From an uncultured Erysipelotrichaceae bacterium (GTDB taxonomy: Bacteria > Bacillota_I > Bacilli_A > RFN20 > CAG-826), in NCBI GenBank assembly GCA_902803375.1, contig CADCPN010000060.1, positions 1 through 55,959 of the forward strand: a stretch of DNA of 55,959 bases. The letters run 5' to 3'. Positions 28,701-36,865 of the stretch are shown piece by piece. The notes under the pieces were generated by a model that searched no databases, was not told the origin of the DNA, and saw nothing but the letters and a program-made list of their open reading frames with translations. How positions within the stretch are numbered: the first letter of the stretch is position 1; each line of letters begins with the position of its first letter. Position numbers and translations under genes: made by a program.

Positions 28701-29627
28701 CTCTGCCGCGAGAAGGGCATAGATCTCGTTGAAGTAGTCATCGTCGTAATTGGCTTCGGTCTCGGTGACCTCATAAGAGACGCCGAGTTCGGTATAGGAG
28801 TCAAGGAACTGCCACAAAACATAGGCCGCATGGTAGTCGGGGTTTTTGACGATCATGTTGGTCTGGTGGATCGGGTTAGCAACCGGCTTAGAGCCTTTCA
28901 TAAGCTCCATGAAGGGGGATTTGGTGTAATAGGCGCAACGCTCTCTTAAAGAGTAGAGGCGTCTAAGCAGGTCTTCATTGCGCTCGGCATTGCCTTCATC
29001 AGCGGAAGGGGTGGATAGCTTAATGCGGCTATCGACTTCATAAAGAGCGCCATCGATATCGGTGTTAGTATGCAAAAGGAGAAGATCGGAGTCTCTGGTC
29101 TCACCGTGGTCTTTGATGTAGTTAACGCGCTTCTCAATGAAGATGGCAGCCTTCTTGATGAGGGTAGCCACGAAGCGGTTTTCATAGATCCAGTAGTCGA
29201 CGTCAGACTCAATGGAGAGAAGCTTCATCGGGGTGACATTGCCTTCCCTATCGACGTCATAGACGAACTGGGTGTGGGAGGCAAGGTGAGTGACGGTCTC
29301 GGAGTTGATCTTCTTAGCGCGTCCGGCATCCATAAGGGTCGGATCCTGCTTAATGAAGGAACGCGGGGCGGCGATGATGGCATCAAGATGGCTGAAGCCC
29401 TCTTCTAGTTTTTCGACGAAAAGAGGGTCGTAGGATCTGATTTCAACTCGGGATTTCTGTCCGACGTAGTTCTTGCCTTCCTTCTGGACTTCTAACAAAA
29501 GTCGCTGAAACTGCTTGGAGTTGTTGACCAAGTTCTTCACGCGCCTTAAATACGCTTCTTGCGCAGCGGTTAAGTCGTCAGGTTTTTTGCTTTTGTTGGA
29601 TGCCATTATTGAATTAGGGAAAGCCAC
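25701..29627 (-). CDS. DUF2357 (McrC N-terminal-like) protein with coiled coil and four C-terminal repeats
   Basis: 'DYWIYENRFVATLI', 'TNMIVKNPDYHAAYVLW' are DUF2357-like; EEEARR coiled coil; four ~110-aa repeats; follows an McrB-like gene. Alternative start ATG 29606. Confidence 0.75.
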   Translation of the reverse strand: MAFPNSIMASNKSKKPDDLTAAQEAYLRRVKNLVNNSKQFQRLLLEVQKEGKNYVGQKSRVEIRSYDPLFVEKLEEGFSHLDAIIAAPRSFIKQDPTLMDAGRAKKINSETVTHLASHTQFVYDVDREGNVTPMKLLSIESDVDYWIYENRFVATLIKKAAIFIEKRVNYIKDHGETRDSDLLLLHTNTDIDGALYEVDSRIKLSTPSADEGNAERNEDLLRRLYSLRERCAYYTKSPFMELMKGSKPVANPIHQTNMIVKNPDYHAAYVLWQFLDSYTELGVSYEVTETEANYDDDYFNEIYALLAAEMLTLRSSVLKNRALKDLKKTTKKITPKVLFTLEDETFYDGKFLYDQFPERRPMPDTPLTPTPDEVHKERQHLRQKWNEDHIKKALVDDAIEQQKAKDIAEEAAQRLRKAEEEARRQEEAMRLAELEAKLKAEEEARRKEEELAKRRSEEERRLEAARRKVIRKAELDKLGLPYGVEEMDTHISDGYGAVSFYSGAAPLFLSPIRDKDEVRRENEARLAEIERIKRATPTYAIQGNFPGTLSPLKEPPAKPFYADINSHTFLEKLFLSNDEVTSKYRQLHEYIASFSGASSVRNSKGELTSFRRKAIVFLSISGKHIKLNLALDPASYEDSAMPVSSTKGALGKRLPLDFRVRSDLALRRAKALVDEAMASFGLGKQVYSGEEPVIVKSKPTLAKQGLYPTSFSPVKLSAKEEAKLEEEAKIVRTAPEFAPQIAYPGTVSPLPEKVRTILIKDTKVIEKTVYISKPVEASVVETNPVEVPTPVEAIAPSFVPEIKKTPFQEKYLNLSEEDELKAKFDGLRERALSYDVSERVSIKGDLFSAHRKRLVFLTLSGRHIKVSLALDPKAYQDSTLPVEENTSKKLSDTPLLFRVKSDLSYRRALSLIDEVFKNEGMPLLDTPKAAAPIQVEEKEAAPAAKEPKPEQAIVSTPEKVEEPVKEEQPDEEPAATEVTPIASTSSVPEIKKTPFQEKYANLDDDLKAKYDTLRYKAASYDVSERVSIKGDLFSAHRKKLVFLTISGHHIKVNLALNPKDYADSTMPVEENTSRKLADTPLLLRVRSDLSLKRALTLIEETMKASSTPLSRKEPKLEEIKMGEKAENPAIGEAPAIEHEKAEEPVGEVKPIGEAPMQEEDSPVVGEEASAKKSFVPEIKKATFFEKLQNIDPDLKQKLETIRKKACEYDCSERLSIKGDLYSAHRVRLLFIQLSGKHIKLNLALNPDDYQDSVLPVERNSSKKLEDTPMLFRVRSDLSCKRALSLVEEVMKKNDVAVLATPKTPAEMK
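25750..27930 (-). repeat. four intragenic ~110-codon domain repeats
   Basis: Approx. 27597-27930, 26875-27240, 26320-26670 and 25750-26110; consensus F.EK..SERVSIKGDLFSAHRK.LVFLT.SG.HIK..LAL.P..Y.DS..PVE.N.SKKL.DTPLLFRV.SDLS..RAL.LI.E. Confidence 0.9.
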
Positions 29628-29676
29628 GTGTGGGCATTCGTAATTTAGGGATGAGATTTTTATTTAGGTGAAGGCA

Positions 29677-31278
29677 TTAGCCGTTCATCTTAAGGAGCAA
29701 TTTGATCTTGGCTTTGGAACGCTTGAATTCGCCTTTGCCGAAGAGCTTAGTGAGCTCCTGGTCAAGGGCAAGCAATTCATCGCGGAGGAAGGCGACGTTA
29801 AGGACTTCGAATTTCTTCAAGATCTTGGACTGGAAGATGTAGTCGACGGCCTCTAGCTCAGTGCCGCCGCAAGCGACGTAGCAAGGAACGAAGTCGCCTA
29901 GCTGCTTCATGATACGGTTACCGAAGGCTAGGCGGAAATTCTCGATGACGAAGGTATCAAGCTGCTGGAACTTCGCTAGGGTAGCGGAGGAGAGCGGATG
30001 GTCTATCTTCGCCTGGTCAAATAGGCCTTTGAGGTACTGATATGGAAGCGGGAGGGCCTCGGTATAGGGGGCTTCGAAAGCGATGCCCTTGTTGTCGAAG
30101 AATAGCGACATTGCGCGGTCATAGACCTTATCGGTGATGGTGAAGGTGGAGTCATCGTTATTCGCGGTGCCGATGAACCAGATGTTCTGCGGGATAAGCA
30201 AATGGCCTTCATGCAAGTGCTTGGGGTCGTCTGCGCGAGGGGAAGCGACAAGGTCGATATTCCATTCGGCGACGTTAGGCATTTCCATGATGGATAGGAA
30301 CTCAGCGAAGTAGTACTCGATACGGGCCAAGTTCATTTCGTCGAGGACGACGAGGGAGATGTCGTCTCTATAGGTTGCCTCGTAGATGGCGCGAAGGAAC
30401 TCGGTTTCGGTGAACTTCTTAGTGAAGTCGTTGTAGTAGCCAAGTAGCTCTGCCCGGTCATGCCAAGAGGGCTGAACGGAGCAGATGGTGGCGTTATGCT
30501 TGAAGAAGCGGCCTAGAGCGTAGGGAAGGGAGGTTTTACCGGTACCAGAGATACCTTCGAGAATGACGATCTTACCAGTGCCCATGGAGGCGAAGAACTG
30601 ACGGATGGTATCGGTGGTGTAATATAGGCCCATCTGAGAAGCGGCGAAGTTACGGAATCTATCGACGATGCCGACAAGGTCGATGGTCGCGGCGTCATCC
30701 GGAAGCTTGGTAATCTCGTGGTTATTGGCGTACTTCTCGTCGACCATAGTCAAACGCGGGAAGCGGATATCGCCGTTTTCTTCCATTGGGGAGTCGCCAT
30801 TATTAACGACGTCATCGCCATTTTTGTTGCGAATGGTGAGCTCGCCGGAGGCATTGACGGCTTCGTTGACATTCGGACGGACGGGAGCGGCGCCGCCGAG
30901 AGTCTCAATCTGAAGCTGAAGGATGCGGTCTTTTTCCGCGACGGCCTGATAAAGCTCAAGGTTAAGCTCTTCAATCTGGCCCTGGAGCTGCTCAACGCTA
31001 GCTTGCTTCTTATAGAAACGGACATATTTTCTGATGAGCCAGAAAATCAAATACCCAAGGGCGCCGATTAAGCCGACCAAAAGGATGGCGAAAAGCGCAA
31101 AGAAAATCCAACCGCCAACGCCAAACTCCGGAGAATAGGTTCCGAAGATGTTGCTGTAGTCGGAGAATTCAGCGGGAACCTTGGCCCAAGGATATGCGAA
31201 GCGATCGCTGAACCACTGGCCGAGGTTGCGGAAGAATGCAATAAGCATTTCCTTCAGGTATGTAAAGTATGCTGACAT
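29677..31278 (-). CDS. McrB-like AAA+ NTPase with N-terminal TM helix and coiled coil
   Basis: Walker A GISGTGKT, VQPSWHDRAELLGYYN, Walker B VVLDEMNLAR, GTANNDD (McrB NxxD), TDKVYDRA, FGNR; hydrophobic segment at about aa 56-82. Confidence 0.88.
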   Translation of the reverse strand: MSAYFTYLKEMLIAFFRNLGQWFSDRFAYPWAKVPAEFSDYSNIFGTYSPEFGVGGWIFFALFAILLVGLIGALGYLIFWLIRKYVRFYKKQASVEQLQGQIEELNLELYQAVAEKDRILQLQIETLGGAAPVRPNVNEAVNASGELTIRNKNGDDVVNNGDSPMEENGDIRFPRLTMVDEKYANNHEITKLPDDAATIDLVGIVDRFRNFAASQMGLYYTTDTIRQFFASMGTGKIVILEGISGTGKTSLPYALGRFFKHNATICSVQPSWHDRAELLGYYNDFTKKFTETEFLRAIYEATYRDDISLVVLDEMNLARIEYYFAEFLSIMEMPNVAEWNIDLVASPRADDPKHLHEGHLLIPQNIWFIGTANNDDSTFTITDKVYDRAMSLFFDNKGIAFEAPYTEALPLPYQYLKGLFDQAKIDHPLSSATLAKFQQLDTFVIENFRLAFGNRIMKQLGDFVPCYVACGGTELEAVDYIFQSKILKKFEVLNVAFLRDELLALDQELTKLFGKGEFKRSKAKIKLLLKMNG

Positions 31279-31299
31279 ATTGTTGCTCCCTTCTGAAGT

Positions 31300-32442
31300 T
31301 TAGCGAATGGCGTCCATGAGGCCTTCGAATTCTAAGTCAAGGTTGAAGGCGCCATAACCAATCGAATTGGTCATGTCCTTATCCCAGCCTTCGAGGTAAA
31401 TGGTCACGACTAGACGGGTGTCTTTGCCGCTCTCTAGCCTTGCTAGAGGCTTTGTTAAACTTGGGTCGTTGTAGTTTTGCCCCTCTTTGAGGGTCAAATC
31501 ACTAATAGAATATGCTGATTCGTGGCGAAACGGTAGTCGATTTCCGTTTGCTTCTTTTGTTTTGTCAACGTTATATTTGCGAATTCCGGCTTTGTGGATA
31601 GCGTGGAAGCTATCTTTCTTAACGTCGGGGTTCTCATCGAGGTCCGAAGCTAATGGGTCGTCATCGAAGACAATTTGGGCGCCATCGAGATATTCGCCAT
31701 AGACGAGCTCTTTGCCAGTATTAGCGTCGAAGTCGTAGTATTGGTCGGCTCCGCGAATGTTCAAAGGCCCACCGAAAACGGTGTCTTCGTCTGGGTCGGG
31801 ATTCAAAACGATATAGCTTTCCGTTGATAAGAAGGAGATGCGTGCTGCATTGACGACGTTATCGAGATCTTCGACGGAAACGCCGAGCTTGCCGTTCGAG
31901 CGTAAACGGTTAACGGTATCAAGGTTTTTTTCATGATCAGCCGACAGGGAAAAACCGTCACCGAGGTAAAGGTAACCATCCCAACTGGATTTAATGAAGA
32001 ACTCCAGCTGAATGTAGCTCTCATCGGTAGCAAGGGGCGGCATCTCCGTGCCGTCTACGTTCTGGTAAGAGCCACGGAAAGAGGGGAATCCGGTTTTGGG
32101 ATCGAAAGACTCGTTGTTCCAAAGCGACTGGTACATTCCGGACACTTCATCAAGAGGCTTACCCTCATAATATGCGTCGGAGTGGCTTGCAATGTAGGAG
32201 CTTCCTATTCCTTCTTGGTAATCGATTGCTCCATTGGGGTTTTTCATTCCGATAAGCATTTCGTTGGAAAGATCCATATACATATTGAGAATGCTGACCG
32301 TGGCAGAAGAAGACAAGTCATAGAAGGCGTAGGTCGCCGTAACGGAAGTCGCAAGAGTCGCCGCAAATGCCAAAAGCCCAGCCGCGAGTAGTTTACGGTT
32401 GGGCGTGTAAGAATGTTTTTTGTAACTATTCTTGCTGGACAT
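31300..32442 (-). CDS. secreted fibre-subunit-like protein with SipW-type signal peptide
   Basis: Basic N-terminus, h-region, 'TATYAFY'; C-terminal RLVVTIYLEGWDKD shared with paralogues. Confidence 0.7.
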   Translation of the reverse strand: MSSKNSYKKHSYTPNRKLLAAGLLAFAATLATSVTATYAFYDLSSSATVSILNMYMDLSNEMLIGMKNPNGAIDYQEGIGSSYIASHSDAYYEGKPLDEVSGMYQSLWNNESFDPKTGFPSFRGSYQNVDGTEMPPLATDESYIQLEFFIKSSWDGYLYLGDGFSLSADHEKNLDTVNRLRSNGKLGVSVEDLDNVVNAARISFLSTESYIVLNPDPDEDTVFGGPLNIRGADQYYDFDANTGKELVYGEYLDGAQIVFDDDPLASDLDENPDVKKDSFHAIHKAGIRKYNVDKTKEANGNRLPFRHESAYSISDLTLKEGQNYNDPSLTKPLARLESGKDTRLVVTIYLEGWDKDMTNSIGYGAFNLDLEFEGLMDAIR

Positions 32443-32469
32443 TTTCGTGAATTTCTTAGAAATCCGTTA

Positions 32470-33573
32470 TCAGTTAACGGTGAAATTGATGCCAAACGCG
32501 AGTTCAACGCCTTGGGGCGGCGTGCCATAGCAGTCCGGATCATAGCCTTCAAGCCAGCAGACAACGGTATAGCGCATGATTCCAGAAGTCGGCAATGGAA
32601 TGAACTTCTTGGAGAAGAGCTCTCTATCGGAGGTGATGAATGGCTCGCAGTATCCCCGTAGAGCAGGGACGCTTTCTAGGCTTGGATCGCGGTACTTGTA
32701 TTTGGTGGGATTCAGCTGCGGATTGTAGAACTGACTAATGCATTCTCTACGATCGTCATAAGAAGGATCCGACTCATAGCCAGCCTTGGTGTTCCAACTG
32801 CTGGTGTTGGCGGCGCCATAGACGGTGAAGTCGTGCGTGGTAGAAGCGGGACTAGTGACGTCGGTGACTTCGTTTTCGAAAACCATGACGCGAAGATAGT
32901 CGCTTGGTTGAGTGGCTTTATTGGTTGGCTCGTGATAGTAAGTCAAAGCCATATCCATGTTGTAGGAGATTTCCTTAAAAGCTTTATTCTTTAAATAGAA
33001 GGTATAAACGATCGCACGATCGACGGCTACATCTTCGCCGTTAGACGTCATCTTGCCATGCAAAGAGTTTTCGCCAGTAAGATGATCACCGGTTGGAGTG
33101 AAGTGGCCTTCATTGTTTTTGACCGGGTCACCGTTGACGTCGCGTTCTACGTCCCCATCAAAGAATTCGGAGCAGTAGTTATAGACGTCATCAGCCGCCG
33201 TAGGAACGGCGGAATTGAGGCCGTTTGCTTTGAGGATAGACTTCTCCTCAGAGGCAACGGGCAATAGCGAAAGCGCGATCTGGCCATCGCTTTGCCTGGG
33301 ATCAACGCGGATAGTGAAATTACCGGAGACGCGACCTAGGAAAGCAATGATGCTTAAAGCGGTCACACCGACGGTGCCAATGCCTGCGATGATCAAAGCT
33401 ATCTTCTTATTACGACGCCTGCGCGCGTATTTGGCGCCTTTTGCGTAACGCTGATTATACTTCGGGTCCATATAACTTGGACCATTCTGCTTGGGAGCGT
33501 TAGTTGCGGATGGGGTCGATGAAGAAGAAGGCTCGTTGCCAGGGTTAGGGTTTTGGATCTTATCCTTCGCCAA
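32470..33573 (-). CDS. membrane-anchored fibre-subunit-like protein
   Basis: TTG start after AGGAGG; RRRRNKK plus a single TM; LRVMVF and RYTVVCWLEGYDPDC motifs shared with 31300 and 35873. Confidence 0.7.
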   Translation of the reverse strand: MAKDKIQNPNPGNEPSSSSTPSATNAPKQNGPSYMDPKYNQRYAKGAKYARRRRNKKIALIIAGIGTVGVTALSIIAFLGRVSGNFTIRVDPRQSDGQIALSLLPVASEEKSILKANGLNSAVPTAADDVYNYCSEFFDGDVERDVNGDPVKNNEGHFTPTGDHLTGENSLHGKMTSNGEDVAVDRAIVYTFYLKNKAFKEISYNMDMALTYYHEPTNKATQPSDYLRVMVFENEVTDVTSPASTTHDFTVYGAANTSSWNTKAGYESDPSYDDRRECISQFYNPQLNPTKYKYRDPSLESVPALRGYCEPFITSDRELFSKKFIPLPTSGIMRYTVVCWLEGYDPDCYGTPPQGVELAFGINFTVN

Positions 33574-33805
33574 ACGAAAACCTCCTATTGACCATTACTT
33601 TACACCTTTTGGAAGCGATGACTAAAACATATAGAACGCTTTTCCAATTGCCGTGTAAAGAAGTCTGGAATGTTTTGATCCCGGCCCAAACTTGACGTTT
33701 ACCATTAGAATCACTTGGGGCCGGGCTCTCAACAAAATAGAAGCCCTAAGAAACAAAATGATGCCAGCTCAGTTGCCTACAAAGCAGGTACGCTTTGTTT
33801 CTCGT

Positions 33806-33880
33806 GGTAACTGGCTGCCATCTCAATTAGGGGAAGGCCCTTTAGTTTTGCGCCGCCGTGTTTCCACGACTTTGCTTTTC
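33806..33880 (-). ncRNA. c-di-GMP-I (GEMM) riboswitch
   Basis: Minus strand AAAA-GCAAA-GTCGTG-GAAA-CACGGC-GGCGCAAAACTAAAGGGCC...ATGGCAGCCAGTTACC matches the GEMM consensus; upstream of the operon starting at 33573. Confidence 0.88.
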
Positions 33881-34030
33881 TCGTCTACTAATTTAATTAG
33901 GAGACTTCCTGGTGTCAACTACGATTTAATGCTTTTTGTCTATTTTTGTACCAAAGGCCCAAACGTTAACGTTCGTTTAGATTTTCGTTATGTAACGTTG
34001 GAAACCGCAAATTGTCGTATGCAAAAGAAA

Positions 34031-34049
34031 AGGCCCAATTAATGGGCCT
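34031..34049 (-). terminator. terminator after the 34068-34475 gene
   Basis: AGGCCCA-ATTAA-TGGGCCT followed by TTTCTTTT on the minus strand. Confidence 0.6.
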
Positions 34050-34067
34050 AATTCACAGGAATTAATC

Positions 34068-34475
34068 TTATTTTTGCTCTGCGCCAGATTTTTCTTCGGC
34101 GGCAAGCTCGGCCATGATCTCAGCACGAAGTTCATCTTTGGCAGCCTGCTTGGCCTGCTCTTCAAGGATGGCTCTTTCTTCTTCAGAGATGTTGGATTCT
34201 TTCTTAATTGCGTACATGACCAGATAGACGATATCAACCACCAGGACGATAAGAAGCGGAAGAACGATGATCAGGAAGAAGCCGGTCGGGTTATTCTGGA
34301 ACCAGCCGATCATCGGGCCATTCTGCTCATTGAGCTGTCTAGCCGTGATTGTACCGAACTGATCCGGGGAATTGAAGGTGACCATAACAACGATGCTGAC
34401 GGTCAAACAGAATATAATCAAAGCCAACTCAACGACTCCGACGATAATCAGATTTCTTTTTGTTTTCTTATCCAT
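34068..34475 (-). CDS. 2-TM membrane protein with acidic coiled-coil tail
   Basis: Two hydrophobic helices; tail 'DELRAEIMAEL' resembles the SipW tail 'EEMRAEILKE'. Confidence 0.75.
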   Translation of the reverse strand: MDKKTKRNLIIVGVVELALIIFCLTVSIVVMVTFNSPDQFGTITARQLNEQNGPMIGWFQNNPTGFFLIIVLPLLIVLVVDIVYLVMYAIKKESNISEEERAILEEQAKQAAKDELRAEIMAELAAEEKSGAEQK

Positions 34476-34878
34476 ATAAAAAGGCCTATGTATTCAAGTA
34501 CTAAATTATAATATCACACCACTTCAAACAAAATGCAATTTATTCCGCATCTTATCTATCTTCTTTAGTTACCGCACATGCGTATTTAGGAAAGTTTATT
34601 TAGATAAATGTTACTCTTTGTAGTGCTAAAAAATAATTAATAAAGCGTGAAAAAAGACATAATAAAACGTGCTGAAAACGCTAACCTATTATTTATAATA
34701 TTAGACTACGCCTTCGAAAAAGCCTTGTCTTGGCCATAAATCGATTTGTGCTTTGCCTTATTACTATTTCCTAAACAATTAGGTGGTGACGAAATGAAAG
34801 CCATAGGATTCCATTGCTTATAAATAGCAGTTTTTTAATTGGTTTGTTTCAAGGCCTCAAACCTAAGGAAATAACAAA

Positions 34879-35548
34879 ATGAAAAAATCAAAGAAGCTCA
34901 AGATCGCCACGATGGCGGCCCACGCCGGTGCTGCGACCACCGGAACCTTTGCTTGGCTTGTCGCCAATTCCCAAGCCGCTGTCGCGGATATGAAAATCTC
35001 TGTAAAGACAGGCGGAACCTTCCTAATTATCAAGAAGAATTCTTTCGATTCTGGCAACAAATCCGTTTCTTTCACTGGCACCGATAAAAGCCTATTTCGG
35101 TGTGCAATTGAAGAAGGGGCCGTTGACCTTTCTAAATTTACTAGCGGGTATACCGCTGCAGGAACTAGCCGTCTCGATGGAACGGAAAATAAGGATAACC
35201 ATGCTTCTTTGGTTGCCTTTGATGACTATGTTTAGAAGAACCCTGCTTACATTGCCTTTACTAAAGGTTCCGTTCCTTTCGGCGAACTGAAGGTTATTGC
35301 TCCAAGCTTTGCTGATGGAACTGGTAGCGCCTCTAGACTCGAATTTGTTGTCAACGGCGCTAAAAAGGGATCGCTTAGCCAGGCAACCCAGGCCTCCAGC
35401 ATCACGCTTGACGATACCGGCCTTGGCAACAAAGAAGAGGAAGTTGCTTTCCGGATAGGAATCGCACGGAACGATGGAATCTACACACGGTCTTACCTCC
35501 TGTTGTCTTTCCCTCGCTTTCAACGTTGCCGATCCCGGTAAGGCTTAA
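34879..35548 (+). pseudogene. degenerate paralogue of the 35873 fibre subunit
   Basis: Same MKKSKKL...TFAW start but shortened h-region; in-frame TAG at 35233 with the frame open for about 100 more codons; plausible C-terminus LSLAFNVADPGKA* in the +1 frame. Confidence 0.65.
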
Positions 35549-35872
35549 TTTAAAAATTTATCCTGGGCTCATGGCCAATTCGATAAGTCCTTTTTATTAA
35601 AAAGAGATGAATCAAAGAGGCTTGAAGGAATTTAAGAAGCGCTAAAGAAACGCTAACAAAAAAACGTTTACCACTTTATTTTGAAAACTTCCTCTTTATA
35701 TACTTTGATTGCTTCAAAAGCGGAAATGTCTGCCCAGACTATAAAGTGTATGGAGCATTGCCTGAGTCGTATAAGTGCGATGAATTGAAATCCATTAGAA
35801 TCCCGTTGCCGAAAAGCAACAATTTTTTTGTAGATAATTCAGAGCCTAAAGCTCACAAGGAACAAAAATAAA

Positions 35873-36778
35873 ATGAAAAAATCTAAGAAACTTATGATCG
35901 CTGCCATGGCAGCCCTCACTGCTGGCGTTGCCGGCGCCGCTGGAACCTCCACCTTCGCTTGGTTCTCTGTTAACAATAAGGTCACCGTTTCTGGCATGAA
36001 GGTCCAGACCAAAGTCAGCAGCAACCTTTTGATTGCCAATTCTGCCTTAGACAAAGCTGCCCAGGAAGAAGAAACCGCTTTCTCCACTGGTTTGAGCGCT
36101 ACTATGGAAACTGCTACTCTTGAACCGGTTTCCACTATTGATGGCAAAAAGTTCTTCTATACCGTTGGCGCCACCGCTACCGGCGACGCGGCCGAAGATA
36201 AGTACACTGCTTATAATGCTATTGAGGTTCCGACTACCGAAGAATTAAAAGCTTTCAACACAGCTTATGGCAACGAAGCCGGCAAGGCTGTTGGCTATAT
36301 TGACTATGTCTTCCAGCTCAAGGCCGTTAATGCCGATACCGCTAAACCTGAGTCCATCAAACTCACTAAGCTTGACTTGCTTTACACCAAGAAGGGTTCT
36401 GAAACTGGCCTTGCAAAGTCTTTCCGCGTTGCTTTCTTTGTCTCTGCTGCGAATACTATTGAAGCTGGTAGCGCGACTTTAAATGCCATCTATACTCCTT
36501 CCGGAGCCAAGAACTTCACTGAAGGACAGGCTGTTTCTTCCACCACCGCGACTGGCAAAGTTGCTTATCAGAGTGCTGCCAAGGATCTTGCTTCCGTTGC
36601 CGCTGGGAAGACCGAATATTATAAAGTCGTCGCTCGCCTCTGGATCGAAGGTGAAGATACTGAGTGCACCAACACCACCTTCGCTGAGATGACGGGCAAT
36701 TGGGCGCTCAACCTTGAGATGGTTCTCGGTGGAACCGCAGTTGGCGTCAGCAACCTCAATGTTGCCGCAGCCGCCTAA
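35873..36778 (+). CDS. probable major fibre subunit with SipW-type signal peptide
   Basis: MKKSKK, h-region, 'GTSTFAWF'; Ala/Thr-rich; FRVAFF and KVVARLWIEGEDTECTN; strongly biased codons (GCT/ACT/GTT); own terminator. Confidence 0.8.
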   Translation: MKKSKKLMIAAMAALTAGVAGAAGTSTFAWFSVNNKVTVSGMKVQTKVSSNLLIANSALDKAAQEEETAFSTGLSATMETATLEPVSTIDGKKFFYTVGATATGDAAEDKYTAYNAIEVPTTEELKAFNTAYGNEAGKAVGYIDYVFQLKAVNADTAKPESIKLTKLDLLYTKKGSETGLAKSFRVAFFVSAANTIEAGSATLNAIYTPSGAKNFTEGQAVSSTTATGKVAYQSAAKDLASVAAGKTEYYKVVARLWIEGEDTECTNTTFAEMTGNWALNLEMVLGGTAVGVSNLNVAAAA

Positions 36779-36797
36779 TAGCGAACACTAACTCTTC

Positions 36798-36830
36798 AGG
36801 CCCGCCGAAAGACGGGCCTTTCCTTTTGCT
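36798..36830 (+). terminator. intrinsic terminator
   Basis: AGGCCCG-CCGAAAGA-CGGGCCT followed by a T-rich run. Confidence 0.75.
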
Positions 36831-36865
36831 TTTTTGACCACTCTGTTTTATTATTCCGAGACTTT

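Noticed and set aside
25701-31278. Classical McrBC type IV restriction system
   Set aside because: No PD-(D/E)xK motif seen, no DNA-reader domain on McrB, a TM anchor is present, and the context is adhesion and c-di-GMP rather than a defence island. A defence role is not formally excluded.
33692-34042. 116-aa plus-strand ORF
   Set aside because: Antisense to the riboswitch/leader, TTG start without SD, no protein-like features.
35715-35790. c-di-GMP-II riboswitch before the major subunit
   Set aside because: Only loose resemblance (GGAA...GCATT...AGTGC); the GCAACC end is missing. Kept only as an unassigned conserved leader.
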